The notes below the pieces were generated by a model. It was given only the letters and a program-made list of their open reading frames with translations, made no database searches and was not told the DNA's origin. Position numbers and translations under genes: made by a program. A DNA stretch of 64,000 nucleotides from Podospora anserina (taxonomy: Eukaryota): assembly GCA_017654855.1 (NCBI GenBank), contig JAFMPO010000001.1, forward strand, positions 310,001-374,000, read 5' to 3'. Below are positions 57,106 through 64,000 of this stretch, one piece after another; the first letter of the stretch is position 1, and the number at the start of each line of letters is the position of its first letter.

Positions 57106-59495
57106 CTATTTAGCCTCGACAAGAACCCTTGCGCGACCTCTCGCTCTCAAGCGTAGCTCAGCCAGCTGTGATTGAACAAGGTCTTGATTCTCTATCCGGA
57201 CCTCTTCCACTCCCAGTTTCGCTGTTATGACATTTGCCAGTAGGCTCTGGTGTATCCAGTGATGCTCCATGAGCTCGGGGTCAAAAGCCTTGATCGTTTC
57301 TAACGCAATCTGCTTATAGCGCGATTCCGCAAAGATGGAGCCCAGTCTGTAGAGGTTGGAGGCCGAGACGGCGTTGACCGAGGGGATCAGAATGTCCATG
57401 GCACTCTTCAGGCGTGGGATGTTGCTGCTGATGGTCTGCAGCTCAGTTGAATAGAAACCGCCAGAGCCAGCGGCGCGTCGGCTTGGGGTACCGTTCACTG
57501 CCGATGGCGAGTCATAAAATAGCCGGTTTTGTGCATCTGGTCTGGTGCGTTAGCAACCAGCTCTCCATTATCGTCATTTTGAAACATTAGGGGATCGACT
57601 CACCTTGAAGATCCTGGGCCCAATTTAGCCACCGCTTACTGAGTGTTGCTTCGTACAGATCCAAAAGACCCTCAATCAAAAAGGCATAATCATCAGCAAA
57701 GGCAAGCGTCTCGCTCGGCCCATTGTTCCAATAGCGGTGCAGTACTTTGTGCTGCCCACCGTTTGGACCTTCGGTGTTGATATCATTTAACCACAAATTG
57801 TCAAAGATAAACTGGGCTGCCTTTTCAGCGCGTTTGATATACTCCGCACTTTTGGAATGGCCAACAGCCTCCGCCGCCGCTTGTGACCGGGATAGTGCTG
57901 AGATGACCATGCCGTTGACTCCAGCAATGATTTTCGTATCTCTGGGTGGTCGTACGCGTTCCTTGTCCCTATGAGCAAGCAACTTCTTCTTTGAAGATGC
58001 AATGATCCGATGTATCTCCTCAACCGGAAGACCATGTTGAGTAGAGAGCTCATGAACACCGTTACCGGCGGAAAGAATGTTTTGGTTAAGAAACTCATCG
58101 GAGGGATCCCGCTCTTGGGGTACATTGCCATCCTCTTGTACATTCCAATATGCGGCAGCGATATTGCTGGCTTCTGGTCCCAGAACCTCGTCAAACTCCC
58201 TATGAGTCCAGAGGTAAAATGTCCCGTTTGTCATGTGCTGTTCGCCCTTGCGATAGTATGAGTACGCCGCCTCGCTTGAAATAAAGCCCCCATTTTCTTG
58301 CTGAATTGCGGGACTGATCAGGTAGTCGGCCAGACCCAACACAACATCGGCGAACTCGTCTTGGTTGGTCAGTTGTGTTCCTTTTCTGTTTCCAAGCCAG
58401 GCGTCAAGATAAACCCCCAACAGTAGGGCGTTATCGCCCACCATCTTCTCAAAATGGGGCATGTTCCAGTCGCTGGTGGAACTCATCCGCATGAACCCTT
58501 CACCGATGTGGTCTCTTAAACCACTGTTCTTCATCTTGCTCAACGTCTGAAGCGCCATCTTTGTCGCCCTCTCAACATCCTCGTCTCCTCCAATGACATC
58601 GCGTACTGTATCAGGACATTCTCTGAGCCGGAGCAAGAAGGACAGCCGCGCCGGGTTAGGAAACTTTGGCTCCCCAGGCTGGCCAAAACCGCCATGCACA
58701 GGATCGAAAAGTTTTGCTATACGGCTTACAGCAAGCTCAACGTGGTCCAGGTCCACCTCAATATCCGAATCGTACGTTGCTGTGGCGTTGGGAGCGCGAG
58801 CAAGTGGCAAAGCGCCTTCCTGAACAAACTTTTCTAGGCCTTCGAGCTCCTTCGCAGCCTCCTCCCGGCACTTTTGCTCCTTCTCGACCCACAGTCGATG
58901 ATTACTTTGCAAAATGGTGAGCAGATCGCATGCCTCCCCATCCTCCCCAACAGTACCAGGCGCAGGTAAATAGGCATTCGCGAAGAAGGGCTCGAGATCG
59001 GGAGTGAAAAATAGGTGTAACGGCCAGCCACTGATGCTGTTGACAGCAACGCTGTAGTTTTGGTATATTGCATCGAGGTCTGGTCGCTCCTCCCGGTCCA
59101 CGATGATCGGGACAAAGTGCTCGTTGAGGAAGGCGGCAACTGTGGGATTGTGAAATGTGTCCCGGGTTGTTATGTGGCAAACTTGGAGTGGTATACGGTC
59201 AGCTTTTGTTGTTATTGAAAGCAACAGCGGAGAACAGCTTACGGTGATCAGCCAGAAATCCAATATGCATGTAGATGGGTTTATTTTCGGCCTTGGCTCG
59301 GGCCAGAGTTTCCTCGCTCATAGGTTGCCAAGCTACAGGTGTGTCGGCATGAAGGAAAACATATGGGCTCTTGCTTTCTGAGGCGCGGTTCCGTACAGGT
59401 GGGAGTTCATCGGAGCCCAGCGACTGGTTTCCTAACGCTGGCGGGGCGGCTCCGTCTGCCGCCGATTGCTGCTGCTGGAGCTGTGCGCTCATCAT
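57106..59495 (-). CDS. SPATA20/YyaL (DUF255 thioredoxin-like plus alpha/alpha toroid) protein, divergent
   Basis: SKSPYV..HADTPVAWQ, AKAENKPI, VDREERPDLD..Y, GWPL..F.TPDL, PKFP, PHFEKM..DN and FADDYAFLIEGLLDLYEAT; two introns. Confidence 0.92.
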
Positions 59496-60957
59496 CTTGA
59501 AGAGACTGACAAAATTCCTCCCGATGACACTGTTCAAATGACCTTCTCAAGTCTCAAGGCGGGCGGGTGGTTATAAGTAAGTTGGGACCAGATCGATGAC
59601 CAGCTGCTTGGTGAACTAAGGTCGGCTTGATTCGTTGCGGGGTAGGTCGATAGCTGTGACTCAAGATCTTGCAGTCGGGTTATGGGTCCAGATCGGAGAA
59701 ATCAATATTCACGAGAAAGTTGATGAAGCAAGTTACTGTAGGCTGGCTTCGAAGTCTGGAAACATAGATGATGATAAGCCAGGTCGTCAGAGAAGCCTTC
59801 TTGGGGAAGGTTGGGTTGCCGGACACGGAAGCTGTCCTGTGGAGTGGCCCTCAGACCGATGCGCCGGGGAGCTTCCGGCCGGCTAACACGAGCAGGGATA
59901 TGACGGGATGCGGCTTGCCCCGTTGCCGAGCCCCACCTGACGGGGGGAAGATCAACGGCCTATTGAGACTGTCGGGTTTATCATCCTGAACATTTTGTGC
60001 TACAAATCTGTAATGTTCAAGTCAACAATAGGGCTGTCATTCTCAGTATATCTGGAGGACGTGTGACATCCATCTTGACTACCAGGCCACCGTCCCACAT
60101 CTAAGCGTTACCATCGACCCAAAAAGAAGACCCTCAGCATTAGCAGTCGTCATGATTCCACAAGCCCATACTTGACAGGAAACCAACATCCTGATTCAAG
60201 ATAAAAACATCTCATATAACATTCAGTATCTGTATACGTACGATACATGAAGTACCCAAAAGCATGATAACACCGCCATCCATGAACCCTATAAATAGCA
60301 TCATCCGTGTGAAGCCATTGAGGAGGCACCAGCCGCGATGAAGGTAACAAGGCCAAATCCCGTATCAAGAATTGAATAAACTTCCCAGAGCAGTAAGCAC
60401 CAACAAGGACAACAAACTATTCCCACATGAAGGAAGACAATGTAAACTCCTAAAATCAGAAAAATCAACCGCAAAGCTACAACCGAGGAATACTCTTCCC
60501 CGGCAGACGAAGCAAATGGAAAAACATGCGCCCCATATTCCAAGTCATCAAGGACTAATTTTCACGCTTCTCATTCCCTTCCTTGTGCTGCCCATTGTCG
60601 TGTCGTAAGTCTCGTAGCTCATCGCTGGTTTTTGGCCAGAGGTTGACACCGCTGTGATGACGGAATGTGATTTCGCAAGGGATCTAGAAATGAAGCCGAA
60701 TAGTACGGCGGACCAGTTGCCAAGGCTTTTCTCTAGCTCGAGCTGGGTTGACAGGTAACCGTGCGACCCATCCTCCCTTCTCAGCCAACATAGATACCAA
60801 GTTCACCAGGATCGAGCGGTAACAGTGGAATAAGTGCAATGTGTACAACAAAAGACGATTGTATACACAGGAAGAAGCGAAAAGATAAACGGCCCGGGCC
60901 GTCCCGAGTATTCTACATAGTTACGTCGTCTTCGTTAACGATCAGTTGTGCCTACAC

Positions 60958-62100
60958 TTAAGCGGCGATGGAGATGGGCTGGCCAAGGGGAGGCAGCACA
61001 TTCTTGCCGTAAGCTCCGCCCATGTTTCCTACACGTACAAAAGGTTAGTTCGGTGGGACACAAGTAGTTGTGGATAAATGGCTATTTTGAAACGTACCAA
61101 CAGGGAAATAATTGCAGACAGTGTACAAAGACTCCATGTTGGAGACAAGCGTGCCGACAGGGCAGCGAGCGGTGAAGCAGCCAACCTGTTTGGAGTCCTT
61201 CCAGACAAGCTGGGTGAAGTGCCCCCACTTGGAGAAGGTGGCTTGAGCCTGGGCGCTAGGGTTGGCACGGCCATATTCGCTGGCAGGGAAAAGCTCAAGC
61301 TCGTCATTGTACCAGCCGTTAGAGATGGCGCGAGCAGCAGCAGCAGCTGGGTCGACTTTGTCAACGTTAGCAGATGCGGCCCACATGGCAAGATTTTGGC
61401 CGTAGCCACCACCGTTGATGCTCCTGCAAAACAGTTAGAACCATGATCCAACGTCGGAAACCTATTCTACTTACGTGTCGTGCTCAAATTTGCAACGTTG
61501 GGCAAGAACCTTGGCAGAGTCGGCATACTGCTGTCCCCACTCGAGAGCACCAGCGGAGTGGTTAAAACGGTGCACATTGTGGCTCTCAAGAACAGCCTTC
61601 TGATAGTCACTGGAGGCCTCGACCTTCACTGGAGCTGGGGCCGGAGCTGGGGCCGAAGCGGGGGCTTGAGTAGACACGGCAGGGGCGGGGGCTTCGACGA
61701 CGGGAGCAGGAGCCTCGACGACGGGGGCCGGGGACTCAACCACGGGGGCAGGGGCTTCCACAACGGGAGGAGGGGCCTGTGTAGCAGGCTCGGGCTCCGG
61801 AGCAGGCTCAACAACAACCACCGGCTCAGGAGCAGCGCTCGTGCTGGGAGCCGGAGGGGGAGGAGGCGGCGGGGGGGGGGCGGCAGACGTGGTGGTCGCG
61901 ATGGTAGTAGTAGTGGTGCGCTGAGCGGGGCGACGAGCCACGCTGAACACAGCCGGAGTGGGCTGCTCGCCTTCGGTGACAGTGACGGTAACCCATTCAA
62001 TGACGACCTTACTGTGAACAATAAGGCGACGCTCCTGGAGGATGGGGCTGGCAGCAGCCAGAATAGCGCCGCAGGCGGCGAGCATCGCTGAGGACTTCAT
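60958..62100 (-). CDS. Secreted CAP/SCP/PR-1 (Pry1-like) protein with Pro/Ala/Val linker
   Basis: Signal peptide, VVEAPAP repeats, HNVHR, FEH, GQNLA, WYNDE, GHFTQLVW and YTVCNY. Two coding introns plus a probable 5'-UTR intron (~62125-62294). Confidence 0.93.
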
Positions 62101-64000
62101 ATTTGTGAAATCGGCGTGTCTGTCTAGAACATTAGTCTCGCGGTCTGATGCATTATCAAGGTTGAGTCAGATTGGTGAGAGCAGATAGCCAGAGGGGACT
62201 CCCGTCACCCAACTTTCAAAGCAACAATATGATTGTGATGCATGAGACACGGCCCACGTGGGCATCAGAGAGACGTGCCAACCAGCAGACGTACCTAGAG
62301 TGATGATAGTTCGGGTCTGAATGATGGATTGGTCGTGAGGCGATGGGTCTGAGATGGGAAGTTATGTACCCAGAGCCAGGTTGAGGGCAGCACTGCTGTC
62401 GTTGCTTGATCCTTCAAGGATGTCGATGGGATCGTTCGCTTTTGTGAGACAGTCGTCGGTCCGCTGAGCTGGATCGAGATGACGTCTCTTGACTTGCCGC
62501 ACCGGTCCGTCGATAAAACTGCTAGTGGAAGGAGTGACGAGAAAAGAATGCGTGACGATACTTGTCGTCGTCCACAACCAGGGTTCACGAGTACCGCAGT
62601 AGCCACAGGATTCCGAGGTCGCCCTAACACCAAACGACAGCGCCGCCGTCAAGAGAGGTGTTGATGTTTTGGTTTGAGAAGGAGTGGAAAGTCGCCAAAT
62701 CGAGCAGGGCACAAAAGTCGAAAAAGTCGAGAGACCAGAGATGGCGAACAGTTGGTAAGGAGTGGACTGAAGTTTTACTTCAAAAGGAGTGTTGGGGGAA
62801 GAAGAGAAGGTGAGGAAGTGGTTGTGGGAAGGATGCAGTCCACGGGTCACACCAGAGAAGAAAAGGTGAAGAGTTGAAAGGTGAGAATCGAGAAAGGAAG
62901 GATGGTGTTCTTAGCAGCGGGCAACGGGTGGGGCCCAAGCTGGAGCGTCAGGTTGAGGGGATCAGAATCCAGGGTGCTGGTCCCGGCTTCTTTGGCCCCC
63001 TTCAGACGTCACCTTAATTTTCTTGAATGCGGGGCGGACGGAGTGGAAATATCACGACCACGCCGCAGTTCTCAAGCAAACAGGCGGACCAGGGGAGGGG
63101 TTGATGCATCAACTGCACCAAGGGTTGGTTTTCAGGTGTGTGTCCAGATGTGAAGTTGGGTTTTGCTCACAAGGTAGGTTTCTTTACCAGACGATAGCGT
63201 CAGCGGTCCTTGACGTTTGGAACAGGAAAATGGCAGTGCGAAGTCCAATTCTATTATACTCGAACTACATCCACAACCGCGCAACGCAGCAGCAGCGGGT
63301 ATCCTGTGATGCCTTTCCAGGCTGCCGGCTGGGTCGCTGGGTTTCTCGGTCTTCTCAGGTGGTGTCACGTCAACTAGACAATTGGCTCCAAAACACAGGG
63401 AGCTGTCGTCCCATGTTTCTGATCAGGGCCGTTCATCGAGCCCTCGGTTTGATAGCCGCACTCCTCGAGACCCTTCTGGCCCAAAGTCTAGAGCCAATCA
63501 AATCGCTGTTCCTGAGGAGTGCCTTGCAGGACTTGGCGGGGTAGCTTGCAATTACCGGGGCTAACCTGGGTGCCCAGAGATTGGGAGAGCCAATGGACAC
63601 AACGGCGGTAACCCCCGCCTGTCTGAAACGACGCTAACAGCGGGTGGAGACCTTGACGAAATTCACCACTGCTCCCCCTGAGAAACTCCATCGACAAGCG
63701 TACGATCATGTTGCATTGTTAGGGTTGATAGGATCGTGCCGTCCAAAGCCTTAACATGACTCGATCGACGCCAGCATGTGTTGCAACACCAAACGATGTT
63801 TTATCAAGTTCTGAGATAATACAGTGCTTTCTATGATATTCGTGTATTGAATCTGTTAAGTTCCCAGTGGGGAAAAAACAAAACATATCCCCTGGTCTCA
63901 ATCATCACCATCTATCTGGATTGTATCCGATTCTGACAGGATCAGACTTGCGAAGCACAACCTCGAATCCTGCAGTGCAGGAATTTTGCTACGATACCCC

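Overview
Gene-dense, intron-containing DNA from a filamentous ascomycete. GT-AG introns with CTAAC/CTGAC branch points, Zn2Cys6 regulators and an AA9 LPMO support this; the style suggests Sordariales (Podospora-like), which is inference only. I support about 24 protein-coding genes and see no tRNA, rRNA, CRISPR array or intact transposon. The right half (41-62 kb) is conserved housekeeping: BarA-type ceramide synthase, Snu17/IST3, HSV2, septin CDC11, RNase H1, BXI1, dynein light intermediate chain, SPATA20/YyaL and a CAP/PR-1 protein. The left half holds two candidate modules. (1) 5.7-12.3 kb: a small 8-Cys secreted protein divergent from a stand-alone ATP-grasp enzyme, then an AlcS/GPR1-type transporter and an SDR. 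(2) 25-35 kb: a co-oriented block of an atypical AA9 LPMO (Phe at the axial-Tyr position), secreted lactonase, NAD(P) reductase, CE12 esterase and Zn2Cys6 factor. Also notable are a secreted His/Lys/Thr-rich protein with nested tandem repeats, two GC-AG introns, a C-rich to G-rich switch along several coding strands and a ~6.9-kb gene-free tract. All exon models were spliced by eye and both modules are hypotheses.
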